This document shows, one piece after another, positions 8,380-19,319 of a stretch of DNA of 64,000 nucleotides. The stretch is taken from the IMG/VR virus record IMGVR_UViG_3300017917_001008, positions 1-64,000 of that record; one strand, 5' to 3'. This DNA comes from a virus. Positions within the stretch are counted from its first letter, which is position 1, and every line of letters begins with the position of its first letter. The notes beneath the pieces are model-generated. The model saw only the letters and a program-made list of their open reading frames with translations. It was not told where the DNA came from and did no database searches. The translations under genes were made by a program, and so were the position numbers.

Positions 8380-9693
8380 ATGAACCTAATCTCACAGGTA
8401 TATGGCTCACTCAAGTGGAAGAAAACTGATGAGTGGTGTGCTACAAAACTAGGTATTTCTTTGCAAAAATACCAGGAAATCAAGAAACAAATTCTACAAA
8501 CTAAAGAGCTTCTTAGCCGGGAGCTGGATAATTCTGTAGTGGATATTGCTGGCAAGCGGATGCTTGACCTGATTGGAGAGGAGCAGATAAAGAACGAGTA
8601 TATATCAGACCTGGAAGACAGGCTGATGGAAGTGATCCAGCAGAATAAAGAGAAGGTGATTGAGTTTAAAGAAGACCTGGATGCTGGCACCGCTGAGATT
8701 AAAGGTGTGGCATTTGCAGAACCCAAGAGTCCGGAGGAGATCATCCGTATTCTAAAGATAGATACAGCTAAGTGGAAGCTATCCACGTATTGGAATAAAG
8801 AACATAACGGATACTGGCTGGTATCCGCTATGGTGAGCCAGGTGAAACCTGAGCCCCAGGACTTCCTGAAAGAGACCATAGAAAACTTTAAGCCTGCCTA
8901 CACTCCGGTAAAGGAAGTGCACATTAACCAGAAGTTTGAGAACGCAAGTGTGGCCGTTCTTTCTGTACAAGACTTACACTTTGGTAAAGAAGGAAACACC
9001 GGTGTTGTAGAAGACTTTAAAAAAGCCATAACTAACCTTACCCTTAGAGCATACATGAGCCACCGGCTGGATAAGATCATCTATGTCTTTGGTGGAGATC
9101 TGCTCAACATGGACACGTTCCAGGGACAGACCACCAAGGGCACTCCGGTGGATAATGACATGAGAGCCCAGGATGCATACAACCAGGCATTTGATGCTCT
9201 GTATTGGTCAGTGAATTATCTTAAGCAGTTCTGTGAAACTTTAGAAGTGGTATACCTCCCTGGTAACCATGACCGTCTTTCTTCCTATCACCTGGCACAC
9301 GCTCTTTCTAAGTGTTTCCAGGATCCTAATATTCTATTTGACGTAGCTTATGCTGAACGTAAGGTGAAAACCTTTGGTCACAACTTCTTTGGTTTTGAAC
9401 ACGGTGACGTGACCAAAAAGTGGACACCGCTGGTATATGCTACAGAGTTCCCAATAGACTGGGGATCTACACAATACAGAACCTGTTACACAGGTCACTT
9501 CCATTCTAAGAAGACCACCGAGTATGTAACGGACAACGAGATCCACGGGTTTGCCATCAAGCATCTACCCAGTCTTTCCAAGAGTGATTACTGGCACTAC
9601 CACAATAAGTTCACAGGTGCTAAGCGTCAGGCAGTTATGGAGATCCATGGCTGGGCAGAAGGCAAGATCTCTGAGTTTACATACAATGCGTAA
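8380..9693 (+). CDS. calcineurin-like metallophosphoesterase with N-terminal HTH/coiled-coil
   Basis: Motifs DLHFG, GGDLLN, GNHD, EHGD and GHFH in the canonical order. Confidence 0.85.
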   Translation: MNLISQVYGSLKWKKTDEWCATKLGISLQKYQEIKKQILQTKELLSRELDNSVVDIAGKRMLDLIGEEQIKNEYISDLEDRLMEVIQQNKEKVIEFKEDLDAGTAEIKGVAFAEPKSPEEIIRILKIDTAKWKLSTYWNKEHNGYWLVSAMVSQVKPEPQDFLKETIENFKPAYTPVKEVHINQKFENASVAVLSVQDLHFGKEGNTGVVEDFKKAITNLTLRAYMSHRLDKIIYVFGGDLLNMDTFQGQTTKGTPVDNDMRAQDAYNQAFDALYWSVNYLKQFCETLEVVYLPGNHDRLSSYHLAHALSKCFQDPNILFDVAYAERKVKTFGHNFFGFEHGDVTKKWTPLVYATEFPIDWGSTQYRTCYTGHFHSKKTTEYVTDNEIHGFAIKHLPSLSKSDYWHYHNKFTGAKRQAVMEIHGWAEGKISEFTYNA

Positions 9694-9748
9694 ACTCTAC
9701 AAGTTTAGTTTTAAACTCTCATTGTTTTTCAGTAAATTATTAATGTAG
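9691..9748 (+). promoter_or_regulatory. conserved 58-bp intergenic element, copy 1 (putative phage late promoter/operator)
   Basis: TAAAC-N5-AAGTTTAGTTTTAAACT-N18-ATTAT-N2-ATGTAG, with identical spacing to the copy at 22047-22104. Confidence 0.65.
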
Positions 9749-9753
9749 AACTT

Positions 9754-10341
9754 GTGGCCACACCCTATAAAAAACCAGACCTAAACGCTCCCAGGTACAG
9801 ACCTAAGAAACTGAATCTTACCAATAACCAGGTGTATGAACAGTTTATTACGGATCACCCCAAGTTTAAAGGATTGACAGTTTCTCAGTTTAAAGAAGTG
9901 ATCAAAACTTTTAACGGTAAGATATGGGAAACGGTGATTGCAAACAGGGACGGTGTAGAACTGCCCGAACAGCTTGGGTATATTTTTATAGGTACATGCC
10001 CTCGTAAACATGGAGACAACCCGGACAGGGTGAAGTCTATACAATACGGGGTGAAGGTTCAGAACCAGAACTGGGAGTCTGACCAGTATGTAGCCAAAAT
10101 CTTCTATACAAACTTTGAAACTAAATACCGGTTTAAACACCACGAGATGTGGGGCTTTTCCGGTGTACGTGACTTTAAGAGAACAGTAGCTAAGACATAC
10201 CCGCAAGAGTGGAAGAAGTATGTACAGGTGGATAACCTGGTAAAAGTGAGCCTGTTATTCAGAAAGCAGAAGTTCAAAGACTTTAAAAAACAAGAGACTG
10301 CTCAGCTCCTGGAGGAGTATGATGAGTTTAATCTAGACTAA
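9754..10341 (+). CDS. IHF/HU-like DNA-binding protein of crAss-like phages
   Basis: Helix-helix-strand pattern (FKEVIKTFNGKIWETVIANRDGVELPEQLGYIFIG); basic; sits just before the tail ring genes as in crAss-like phages; GTG start. Confidence 0.55.
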   Translation: MATPYKKPDLNAPRYRPKKLNLTNNQVYEQFITDHPKFKGLTVSQFKEVIKTFNGKIWETVIANRDGVELPEQLGYIFIGTCPRKHGDNPDRVKSIQYGVKVQNQNWESDQYVAKIFYTNFETKYRFKHHEMWGFSGVRDFKRTVAKTYPQEWKKYVQVDNLVKVSLLFRKQKFKDFKKQETAQLLEEYDEFNLD

Positions 10342-10344
10342 CCT

Positions 10345-11016
10345 ATGAAGACCACTATTGGAGATGTCATCTCAAGAATCCGTTCCCAGGTGAAGGCAGT
10401 GAGGCAAGATGCTTTACTGACTGACCGGGTTATTTATTCTTTTGTAAACAAGCACGCCAAGTGGTTAATGAAGCGTGAGGACTCCCGTAATAAGCTCATG
10501 GCTTTTTCCGGGGTGATCCAAACACTTGACCTGGTTGAACTGATAGAAGTGGATAAGGTGGAAGCTTGTTGTACAGGAATAAAATCTGATTGTACTATCA
10601 AACGTACAGAAAAGAAGATGCCCATATTCATGCAAGGATACTGGGGACCGCTCATCCGTACTGTGTCTTCTCTTGACGGCTCTGAAGAACTGCAACCCAC
10701 TACACCTAGTCAGTATGTGGCAATGTCTAAGAGTAAAAACTTCAAGTATAACAAGACTAAATACTACTGGTACCTGGATGACTACATCTACTTCCCCAAT
10801 CTTGAATGGGAAGCTGTACGTATAGAGGGAATCTTTGAAGATGATATTTCAGACTTCACCTGTGAAGAAGACAGCTGCATGGTGCGTTCTGACCAGAGTT
10901 TTAATGTACCAGACTATCTGCTTGGTGAAATAGAATCCCAGGTGTTTAAAGACCTGGCGGGAATGTACCAGATGCCAACAGATCTACCTAATGATAAACA
11001 AAGTGCCAGCCGTTAA
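10345..11016 (+). CDS. tail ring / tubular protein (crAss-like)
   Basis: Size, position and pattern (YYWYLDDYIYF...VRIEGIFED...FNVPDYL). Confidence 0.6.
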   Translation: MKTTIGDVISRIRSQVKAVRQDALLTDRVIYSFVNKHAKWLMKREDSRNKLMAFSGVIQTLDLVELIEVDKVEACCTGIKSDCTIKRTEKKMPIFMQGYWGPLIRTVSSLDGSEELQPTTPSQYVAMSKSKNFKYNKTKYYWYLDDYIYFPNLEWEAVRIEGIFEDDISDFTCEEDSCMVRSDQSFNVPDYLLGEIESQVFKDLAGMYQMPTDLPNDKQSASR

Positions 11017-11022
11017 TAACCT

Positions 11023-11889
11023 ATGAAAACTGAACCAAAATACAGGACGTTTGATGAGCTGCTTAACGAGGTGGCTACAGACTTTGTTCAATATAACAAT
11101 GAGGGTATGATTGAACCTGGCCAACTTATTAAGGTGGCTCAGCGTGTTAATTATGATCTCGGCTTGCGTATTCATGGTACAAAGGAAAAGATACTGGATA
11201 TAGAGAAATCCAAGACCAGACTTCCGGATGACTTCTATGTACTTAACTATGCGTTTTTGTGTGGTAAGTATACTGTCAACCAGCCTATTTTATCAGGACG
11301 TCAAACAGAAAACATTATTCTTTCTTCTGATCTGTGTAAGAAATGTGGTGCTCCGGATCCTGAGTGCACTTGTGAAAAGACTTACACTGTAGAATGTAAA
11401 ACAGGAGAAAATATTTATGTACAGGTGGTAGAGAAACGTGGTCTTGAAACCAAGACTTATGAAACATTTGACCGTGTGCATATCAGTTCATCCACTGGTA
11501 AAAAAGATGCCCTGGATAACAGCGGTCGTAACGGATACATCAAGAATGGTTTTATCTACACAGACTTTGCTCAAGGTAAGCTGTACATTTCTTACCAGGG
11601 TGCTTTAGAAGATGAAGACGGTAATCTACTTGTACTGGATCATCCAATGATCAATGAGTATTATGAGTATGCCATTAAACAACGCATACTTGAAAACCTA
11701 TATATGAATGGGGAAGATGTAGCCCAGAAGATGCAGCTGGTTGAACAGCGTCTGCGTGCTGCTCGTAATAATGCTCTCACTATTGTTAACACTCCAGACT
11801 TTGCTGAAATGAAGCAGCTCTGGGAAACCAACCGTAAAGCAATGTATGGAAAATACTATTCAATGTTCAAGTCAGAGTACGGCTGGTAA
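11023..11889 (+). CDS. tail ring / adaptor protein with Cys-rich insert
   Basis: Pattern LPDDFY...YIKNGFIYTDF...GKLYISYQG...DEDGNLLVLDHP; CKKC...CTC insert; synteny. Confidence 0.6.
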   Translation: MKTEPKYRTFDELLNEVATDFVQYNNEGMIEPGQLIKVAQRVNYDLGLRIHGTKEKILDIEKSKTRLPDDFYVLNYAFLCGKYTVNQPILSGRQTENIILSSDLCKKCGAPDPECTCEKTYTVECKTGENIYVQVVEKRGLETKTYETFDRVHISSSTGKKDALDNSGRNGYIKNGFIYTDFAQGKLYISYQGALEDEDGNLLVLDHPMINEYYEYAIKQRILENLYMNGEDVAQKMQLVEQRLRAARNNALTIVNTPDFAEMKQLWETNRKAMYGKYYSMFKSEYGW

Positions 11890-12256
11890 ACCGGTGAAGG
11901 TTCAGACTACCGTCCAGCTGCCCATGTACAATTGCAAGATTGTAATGAGCGTGGTGGACAATGTACGTCAGGAAACAGTTAAGCTGTATAAGAAATATAA
12001 GATTAAAGAAGAGATGGATGATGATGAGCTGGAAGGTGTACTGGTAATGCCTAGCATAGAAGTGTATTATCTGATGGTGAGTCACCAGTTTTTGACCCAT
12101 AACACAATAGCTCATGAGATCTTCCATGCTGCTGTAAGAATTACGGAACACAGGGGGATTACAGATGAAGAAGCTCAAGCCTGGCTTGCTGGACATCTCA
12201 CCGGACAACTGTACAAATTTTTAGACAAGAAGAAGCTTACTATAAAACATGGCTGA
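11846..12256 (+). CDS. small zincin-like (HExxH) metallopeptidase-like protein
   Basis: TIAHEIFHAA followed by DEEAQAWL; start codon uncertain. Confidence 0.65.
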   Translation: MENTIQCSSQSTAGKPVKVQTTVQLPMYNCKIVMSVVDNVRQETVKLYKKYKIKEEMDDDELEGVLVMPSIEVYYLMVSHQFLTHNTIAHEIFHAAVRITEHRGITDEEAQAWLAGHLTGQLYKFLDKKKLTIKHG

Positions 12257-15200
12257 ACAACAACAAAATCCGGGTGCTGTAAGTAATTCCTTTACTAAAG
12301 GAATGGCAAAGGACTACAATGACACCTTTATTGGAGAGGGGTTGTGGAGTCATGCCCGTAATGCTGTTAACAATTCTCATGATGGCCAGGTGGGGGTGAT
12401 TGGTAATGAACCAGCTAACCTACACTGTGTTACACTTCCTTATACACTTATTGGTGCTGTACTTCTTACAGATGATCGTTGGGCTATATTTACTACCAAT
12501 GACGTAGACTCAGAGATAGGCATCTTTGATGAATCTCAGTGTACGTATACAAAGGTGGTTAATGATAAGTGTCTTAATTTCAAAAGAACCCATCTTATTT
12601 CTGGTATCAGCCGCAGACGTTATGACTGTGAACGTCCTGTATATTGGGTGGATGGTTTAAACCCAGACAGGTTTATTGACCTGGATAATCCTCCTTTTAA
12701 ATACACCGAGAAGATAGTTGATGGTTGTATACAGAGAACCTTTACAAACGAGCTGGATTGTGAGCGTCTGCGTTTAGCATCTTATATCAAGCATCCTTGC
12801 CTGCAACTTGTAAAAGGAAAGGTGGCCGGAAGTTTACTGAATGGTTCCTACCAGGTAGCTATTGCTTACACGATCAACGGATCAAGGGTAAGTGACTACA
12901 TTGGTTTATCTGAAGTGCAGTCTGTATTTACGCACGAGAATAATAACTCATCTCTGGAGCTTAAGATTACAGAGATAGACAAGACATTTGACACCTTTGA
13001 CCTGGTTCTTCTTGCCAGGGTGAATGAGCAGACCTTTGCTCGTAAGATTGGAGAATATTCCACAGCTCAGGGAACTATCTATATAGACAGGATAGACTTT
13101 GAATCTCCCACTATTCCTATACAGAATATTGTTTTCCGTAGTGAACCTATTGAGAAAAGTGATGCCATCTACTCTGTAAATGATTATGCATTACGTGTAG
13201 GTACTCATAGCAAGTTTAAGTTCAACTACCAGAAACAGGCCAATGAGATTGTAGCCAAGTGGGCTGCAGTTCAGTATCCTTCTAACTATTATGTAAAGGG
13301 TGGAAATAACACCGGATACTTAAGAGATGAGCAGTATCCTTTCTTTATACGTTTTGTATACAACACTGGTGAACGTTCTGAGTCCTATCATATTCCAGGT
13401 AGACCTGCAGTGGCATCTGAACTAATAGATGTTGCAGGCGGGGATGCTTTTGAAACAGCTGATGGTATCCAGGTAAAACGCTGGCAGGTGGAAAATACAG
13501 CTTCTGTAACATCCACTACGGTATCAACACTACCTGATGGAGGTAGAGTGATAGCCAGTGGTCAGATGGGGTACTGGGAATCTACAGAACTATATCCTCC
13601 GGATAAACCTAACATCTGGGGTAATCTCTGCGGTAAGCCTATACGTCATCATAAATTCCCGGATGTAACTATCCAGGGAGGTAGTGTAGTGAATCACTTT
13701 AACAGTGATGGAACTAACATTGTCATTCTAGGTGTACAGTTTGAGAACATTACAGCTCCGTTAGATAACAATGGAAACCCTATTGCTTCTATAGTGGGGT
13801 ATGAGATCCTTAGGGGATCACGTCAGGGACAAAAGTCCATTCTGGCTAAGGGTATGTTTAACAACATGCGTGAGTATGATATTCCTGGTAACACCACCCT
13901 TAAAGGACTTTACCAGAACTATCCTTACAATGACCTGAGTCCTGATCATTATCTTTCTACAAGAAGAAGACTAAGCGGATCCGGTGTAGTAAATGTAGAT
14001 CAAAGTAACTCTCCTAAACTAACAGGATTTAAACGTAATATATTTTCTTTCCATAGTCCAGAGGTAACCTTTACCAATCCATTCTTAAACATGGATGAGG
14101 TGAAGATCTATGAAGAAGTTCATGGTACTTCCAGGGGACAGTTTGAAATTCCTTTCAGACACCCGAGATTTAAAGTGGCTAGTAACATAGTGGACATTAT
14201 CACTAAGGTTTCTAGTGCAATGAGTGCTGTAGCAAAGGTGGGTAAGGGCGTGAAGATAGCAGCTACAGAAGATGTACCTATTGAACTGTCCTATGGTCCT
14301 ATTGGTAAGCCTCCTGCGTTCCCTTCTGCAGCCGGTGGTAACGTATCTGGTACCATCATGACCATTGCAGCCTGGGCTAAGTATGCTGTTGATCTTGCCC
14401 TGTGGGTAAATGAAGTGGCCACTGTTGTAGCACTGGCTAAAGCTATTGCAGATGTAGAAAGAGAAAAGCTTTATGAGATTTTCAGAATACTGATTCCTAA
14501 ACGTCAGTACGCTGCACAGTTTAACTCACATGGTTTTTATAACCAGTTTAGAGTTTCTACAGCTGGTAACCGTAGAAGAAAGGTTGTGGATGCAGGATAT
14601 GTTTCCGGATCCAACATTCAATATTTTAACAATAAGTACCAGGTAAATAATATACATAGAAGTAGTGGTTTAGTAATAGAGGTGGGTGCTGATATTGCAG
14701 ATCCCACTATAGTAGATAACAGCCGTACAACTATTGGAGAAAGTGGAAAAGGATTATATGATCCATTTGATAGAACCATATCATCTCACTATGGTGGATT
14801 GAAAATAACTTTTCCATCCCAGTATGGACAGTTGGATACTATCAAACAGATTCCTATTTCCTACTGTACATTACCACTCACTCCGGATAAAACCAAGAAG
14901 TTTTCTACCGGTGTATTGTTTGGTGGAGACATCTACATCAACCGTTTTACAGAAAAGAACTCTATGTTCTTCTTTACAAACTGGTTAATGGGTGAGCCGG
15001 ATGAGTATGAGTTTGATTACACTGAATACATCAATGTTCCCTACCCAAGATTCTGGATACACAACACACAATATCATAGTGAGTTCTTATCTGTACCTAG
15101 TCAGTTTAGGGCACTGGATGCAAATGACGGACTAAATCTTTTCAGTGTTAAGAAAGGATACTTCTATTTATTTAACTCAGGTGTGCGTGACTTCTTTGTA

Positions 15201-16823
15201 GAGAGTGAGATTAATTTGGCATTCCGTGATTGGGAAGATGATTTTTCAAGACGTCACTACGATCCGGAGCGTTACACAGATCTGAATATGATGTTCCGTT
15301 CTGATATCATCAAGAGCGGAAACTACTATAAGTATGACTACTCTTTAAGTGTAGCTAAATTATTTAACTCCCAGATCACCTGGGGTGAATTACTGCCCAG
15401 GGATTACGATCCACTGGTTGCAGCCAGCTGTTACACCTATCGTCCTAATAGGGTGATCTATTCTTTACAGCAGCAGGATAACTCTAAGGATGATAACTGG
15501 AGAGTATACCTGTCTAATAACTACCGTGACTTCCCTAATAAGGTGACAGTCATAAAGTCTATTAACGCCACCGGTGCATTGTTCATGATGAAAGACCGTA
15601 GCCCAAGATTATTCATGGGTGAGGAGCAGCTAAAGATGGACGGAACAGGGGCAGTGATCACTATAGGTGACGGTAACCTGTTTAACCAAAATGGTCAGCT
15701 TAGGGAGATTGTCAATGCAGACAGATCTTATGAATATGGATCTTGCCAGAGCAGATTTGGTCATTTAGGAAACGTCTATGGTGTTTTCTGGGTTAGCCAG
15801 GATCAGGGTAAGATTTTCCAATATGCCGGACAGATCAATGAGATCAGCCGGGATGGTATGAAATACTGGTTTGCTAAATACCTGCCAAGTGAACTCTTGA
15901 AGGTGTACCCGGATTATCCTCTATATGATAATCCTGTAGCCGGTGTTGGTGTACAGATGACCTATGATAATACCAATGAGATCATCTATGTAACCAAGAG
16001 AGACTTTAAGCCAAAGATGAAAGACCTGGCCTATGATAGTGGCGGGTTCTATAAGCTTATCAATGGTGTAAAGACTTATTATCCATTTACAGATAGCAAT
16101 GCTTGGGAGAATGCCAGCTGGACAATGAGCTATGATCCAAAGAGTAAAACCTGGATCAGTTTTCATGACTGGAAACCTACGTTCCTGATTCCTGGTAAGA
16201 ATCACTTCATGAGTGTAAACAACACTTCTATATGGAAGCATAACTCACGTTGTGATCTGTTCTGTAACTTCTATGGTGTAGATTATCCATTTGAGGTGGA
16301 GTTTATTTCCGCTACCGGTCAGCAGGTAACCTCTCTTAGAAACGTAGAGTATTTATTAGAGGCATATAGATATTATAATTCCTGTGCGGATAAGTTCCAT
16401 ATCCTGGATCAGAACTTTGACCAGGCTATGGTTTATAACTCAGAGCAGGTGTCTGGACTCCTGGAGCTAAACTTAAAGGATAAGTCCAATCCGCTCACCA
16501 TGTTAAACTTCCCGCAGGTAGGCCCGCAATCTATTAAGATACAGTTCTCTAAAGAAGAACAGAAGTATAGATTCAACCAGTTCTGGGATATTACTAAAGA
16601 CCGTGGTGAATTTAACGGTACATCTATACCAATGATGGTAACCAGTCCAAACGGATATGAATGGCAGATTAACCCTCAATACGTAAACTATCAGAAACCT
16701 CCATTGGAACGTAAGAAGTTCCGTCATAACGTAAACCGTGTGTTATTACGTAGACTGAAAAGTGGAGATGTCAAACTGTTATTTAAACTATCTAATCAGA
16801 AACTTCTTCAATCTCCTAGATAA
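12249..16823 (+). CDS. tail muzzle / stabilisation protein (crAss-like, P22 gp10-like)
   Basis: 1524 aa; N-terminal NSFTKGMAKD...ARNAV...GNE; beta-propeller-like C-terminus (WTMSYDPKSKTWISFHDW); follows the ring genes. Confidence 0.75.
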   Translation: MAEQQQNPGAVSNSFTKGMAKDYNDTFIGEGLWSHARNAVNNSHDGQVGVIGNEPANLHCVTLPYTLIGAVLLTDDRWAIFTTNDVDSEIGIFDESQCTYTKVVNDKCLNFKRTHLISGISRRRYDCERPVYWVDGLNPDRFIDLDNPPFKYTEKIVDGCIQRTFTNELDCERLRLASYIKHPCLQLVKGKVAGSLLNGSYQVAIAYTINGSRVSDYIGLSEVQSVFTHENNNSSLELKITEIDKTFDTFDLVLLARVNEQTFARKIGEYSTAQGTIYIDRIDFESPTIPIQNIVFRSEPIEKSDAIYSVNDYALRVGTHSKFKFNYQKQANEIVAKWAAVQYPSNYYVKGGNNTGYLRDEQYPFFIRFVYNTGERSESYHIPGRPAVASELIDVAGGDAFETADGIQVKRWQVENTASVTSTTVSTLPDGGRVIASGQMGYWESTELYPPDKPNIWGNLCGKPIRHHKFPDVTIQGGSVVNHFNSDGTNIVILGVQFENITAPLDNNGNPIASIVGYEILRGSRQGQKSILAKGMFNNMREYDIPGNTTLKGLYQNYPYNDLSPDHYLSTRRRLSGSGVVNVDQSNSPKLTGFKRNIFSFHSPEVTFTNPFLNMDEVKIYEEVHGTSRGQFEIPFRHPRFKVASNIVDIITKVSSAMSAVAKVGKGVKIAATEDVPIELSYGPIGKPPAFPSAAGGNVSGTIMTIAAWAKYAVDLALWVNEVATVVALAKAIADVEREKLYEIFRILIPKRQYAAQFNSHGFYNQFRVSTAGNRRRKVVDAGYVSGSNIQYFNNKYQVNNIHRSSGLVIEVGADIADPTIVDNSRTTIGESGKGLYDPFDRTISSHYGGLKITFPSQYGQLDTIKQIPISYCTLPLTPDKTKKFSTGVLFGGDIYINRFTEKNSMFFFTNWLMGEPDEYEFDYTEYINVPYPRFWIHNTQYHSEFLSVPSQFRALDANDGLNLFSVKKGYFYLFNSGVRDFFVESEINLAFRDWEDDFSRRHYDPERYTDLNMMFRSDIIKSGNYYKYDYSLSVAKLFNSQITWGELLPRDYDPLVAASCYTYRPNRVIYSLQQQDNSKDDNWRVYLSNNYRDFPNKVTVIKSINATGALFMMKDRSPRLFMGEEQLKMDGTGAVITIGDGNLFNQNGQLREIVNADRSYEYGSCQSRFGHLGNVYGVFWVSQDQGKIFQYAGQINEISRDGMKYWFAKYLPSELLKVYPDYPLYDNPVAGVGVQMTYDNTNEIIYVTKRDFKPKMKDLAYDSGGFYKLINGVKTYYPFTDSNAWENASWTMSYDPKSKTWISFHDWKPTFLIPGKNHFMSVNNTSIWKHNSRCDLFCNFYGVDYPFEVEFISATGQQVTSLRNVEYLLEAYRYYNSCADKFHILDQNFDQAMVYNSEQVSGLLELNLKDKSNPLTMLNFPQVGPQSIKIQFSKEEQKYRFNQFWDITKDRGEFNGTSIPMMVTSPNGYEWQINPQYVNYQKPPLERKKFRHNVNRVLLRRLKSGDVKLLFKLSNQKLLQSPR

Positions 16824-19315
16824 TGACGCACAACGGAAAACTACTTACGCAGATTATGAACAACCTTGATAAACCAAGGAAGGTTCGTACACCTAAAAAT
16901 CAGTGGCAGACCCCTGGTCAGGTTACAGATATCAACTCACGCTTCATCACAATGCAGGGGGTAGGGTTTGATGCTATTGGTATTTCTCCGGATGGTACAC
17001 AGCAGTATATGAAACGTGGTGGAAACTATGTATTTCCTACAGGCCCTGTAACAGAAATTCCTTTACTGGGTAAGGCAAGAATGGGAGGGCAGCTTCCAAA
17101 GTTTCAACCAGGTGGTGAAGAAGCAGATGGAGGTGGTACCAAGTCTAAGTGTGGTATTACAAGAGCTTATGCTAAAGAAGATATTGCTATAGCAAAAGAG
17201 AATGCTAAAGAATACAGACTGGCAGATAAAGAGATTGCTAGAGAAAAGAAAGAACTTGCTAAATATCATAGTGACCAATATAAGAACTACATCAACCCTT
17301 ATGTTGACCAGTATGAAGAGAAGATGGATCGTAAAGCACGTCAGCAGTTTGATAGTGATTTTACTGCTTTTCAGCAAGCTAATCCAAACTTGTTTGTACA
17401 AGATGACACAGGGCTCACTCCTCAGCAGAAGTATGCAGTGGCAATGAAGATGTACAGTAGATCTAAGTATGCAGCTAAAGTTCCTGAGGCTGTTTATGGT
17501 GCTCCGTTTAACAAACGTTTTAATATAGATCCTAATAAAGTAACTCCTCAACAAGTTATGGAAAGTATAAACAGTTATGGCTGGCAGCCTTATTTAGACT
17601 GGTGGCAGAGTGGTAAGCAAGTAATGCAAGAATATGGTGGAGAGATGATCCGTAGAGCTGATGGCTCATATTCTCGTAGAGGACTATGGGATAATATACG
17701 TGCCAACCGTGGATCCGGAAAAAAGCCTACTAAAGAAATGCTAGAACAAGAACGCAAAATAAAAGCTAAAGAAATGAAAAACGGTGGAACCAACAACCCT
17801 GGCTTCCAGGCTTTGCCTGATTATGTTCAGGCTAAGATTTTATCTAACATGGGATTTGGTGGCCCAGCTATTCCTTTTTCTCCGGAGTTTTATAACCAGT
17901 TAGAAAAAGAGTATAACCAGTTTTACAATCCAAAGGTTCCAAATCGTCCACATAGTGATGATGGGTATGATGATTTTTACAGTCATAAAACTGCTGGTTT
18001 ACCTAAGGTTCAAACTTCTATGGGACCAGGCTGGGTAATAAGAAATGAAGATGTAGAGCAGTTTGTAGAAGGAGAGAAGGGGTTACCTATGCCTAAACGT
18101 GTAGAGAAGAAAAAGGGAACTAAAACTTTTGTAGATGATTACAAGACTATGAATGATAGCCCGCTGAAACAACAGTATGGTGATATGATCAGAAATATTG
18201 TAATGGATAGATTTCGTTCTAAAGCTCCTGTAGAACAGGCAATGGGAATGTTTCAAGATGGTGGTGAACCAGATGGATCTATGGCTTTGGGTCAGATTGA
18301 TGCTGCTATTGATAAGCTGCAGAAGTTAAGAAAGTTTATCCAGCCAGAGTCAGATCTTGAACCATGGGTGAGCTCAAAGCTTACCATGATGGATCACTTC
18401 AGTGATGCTGTATCTGATTACATGACTTATAATCCTGAAGCTAAAGGTGAGATGGCCCAGATGAAAAACGGTGGTGGTATTCCTCAGCGTTACAAGAACA
18501 TGGGCTTTACCAAAGTGGGTGTTAAGAAGAATAGTACACGTCCTGGTAAAAAGTGGATGGTGTTAGCTAAGAAAGGATCTCAATATAAAGTGGTGCATGG
18601 TGGTTATGATGGGATGAAAGATTTTTCTCAGCACGGATCTGAGAAACGTAAAGACAAGTTCTGGAGCCGCATGGGTGGTAAGAACTCTGCAAAAGCTAAA
18701 GATCCATTTAGCCCACTATACTGGCACAAGAAGTTTGGTACATGGCAAGATGGTGGAGACACTAGCCAACAACCTACAGCAGAAGAAATAGTACAAGCAT
18801 ATTCTGAGTTTTCAGGAATGTCTGTAGAAGAAATAATGGGAGAGTTCCAGGGTAAGAATGAGCAAGAGCAGCAAGAGCTGTTAATGCAGATGTACCAGGA
18901 ATTAATGGAGCAACAAGAGCAGGATGAAATGCCAGAGTTTGAAGCTCCGGAAGAAGAGGAAGAAGAATACATTCAAGAGGAAACACCTGAAGAGGAAGAA
19001 GTTGCAGAAGAAGTAGAGGATGATCTAGAAGAGGAAGAAGCTGCTTATGATGTTATGTATAGAAAAGGTGGGTATATAGGATATGACGGAAAGCGTCATG
19101 TTTCTAAAACACCTACTTGGTCTGGTGTAGCTGGTTATGCCATGGGTGGATATATTCCTGAAATGGCGTATGGTGGCTACTGTTATGAGTGTGGCGGTGC
19201 TGTATATAAAAACGGGGGATCCACTGCATCTTATAACGTAGGAGCAGAGATGGAAGTCACTCCGGAGCAAGCCAGAGAACTGCAACGTTTAGGTTACAAA
19301 TTTGACATAGTATAA
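16823..19315 (+). CDS. modular virion cargo-like protein with repeated aromatic/Met-x-x-GG motifs
   Basis: 830 aa made of short basic and acidic modules delimited by motifs such as FQPGG, MKNGG, FQDGG, WQDGG and YRKGG. Confidence 0.6.
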   Translation: MTHNGKLLTQIMNNLDKPRKVRTPKNQWQTPGQVTDINSRFITMQGVGFDAIGISPDGTQQYMKRGGNYVFPTGPVTEIPLLGKARMGGQLPKFQPGGEEADGGGTKSKCGITRAYAKEDIAIAKENAKEYRLADKEIAREKKELAKYHSDQYKNYINPYVDQYEEKMDRKARQQFDSDFTAFQQANPNLFVQDDTGLTPQQKYAVAMKMYSRSKYAAKVPEAVYGAPFNKRFNIDPNKVTPQQVMESINSYGWQPYLDWWQSGKQVMQEYGGEMIRRADGSYSRRGLWDNIRANRGSGKKPTKEMLEQERKIKAKEMKNGGTNNPGFQALPDYVQAKILSNMGFGGPAIPFSPEFYNQLEKEYNQFYNPKVPNRPHSDDGYDDFYSHKTAGLPKVQTSMGPGWVIRNEDVEQFVEGEKGLPMPKRVEKKKGTKTFVDDYKTMNDSPLKQQYGDMIRNIVMDRFRSKAPVEQAMGMFQDGGEPDGSMALGQIDAAIDKLQKLRKFIQPESDLEPWVSSKLTMMDHFSDAVSDYMTYNPEAKGEMAQMKNGGGIPQRYKNMGFTKVGVKKNSTRPGKKWMVLAKKGSQYKVVHGGYDGMKDFSQHGSEKRKDKFWSRMGGKNSAKAKDPFSPLYWHKKFGTWQDGGDTSQQPTAEEIVQAYSEFSGMSVEEIMGEFQGKNEQEQQELLMQMYQELMEQQEQDEMPEFEAPEEEEEEYIQEETPEEEEVAEEVEDDLEEEEAAYDVMYRKGGYIGYDGKRHVSKTPTWSGVAGYAMGGYIPEMAYGGYCYECGGAVYKNGGSTASYNVGAEMEVTPEQARELQRLGYKFDIV

Positions 19316-19319
19316 TCTT

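Noticed and set aside
18890-19045. GAA-rich low-complexity tract as a DNA repeat element
   Set aside because: It simply encodes the poly-Glu region of the cargo protein.
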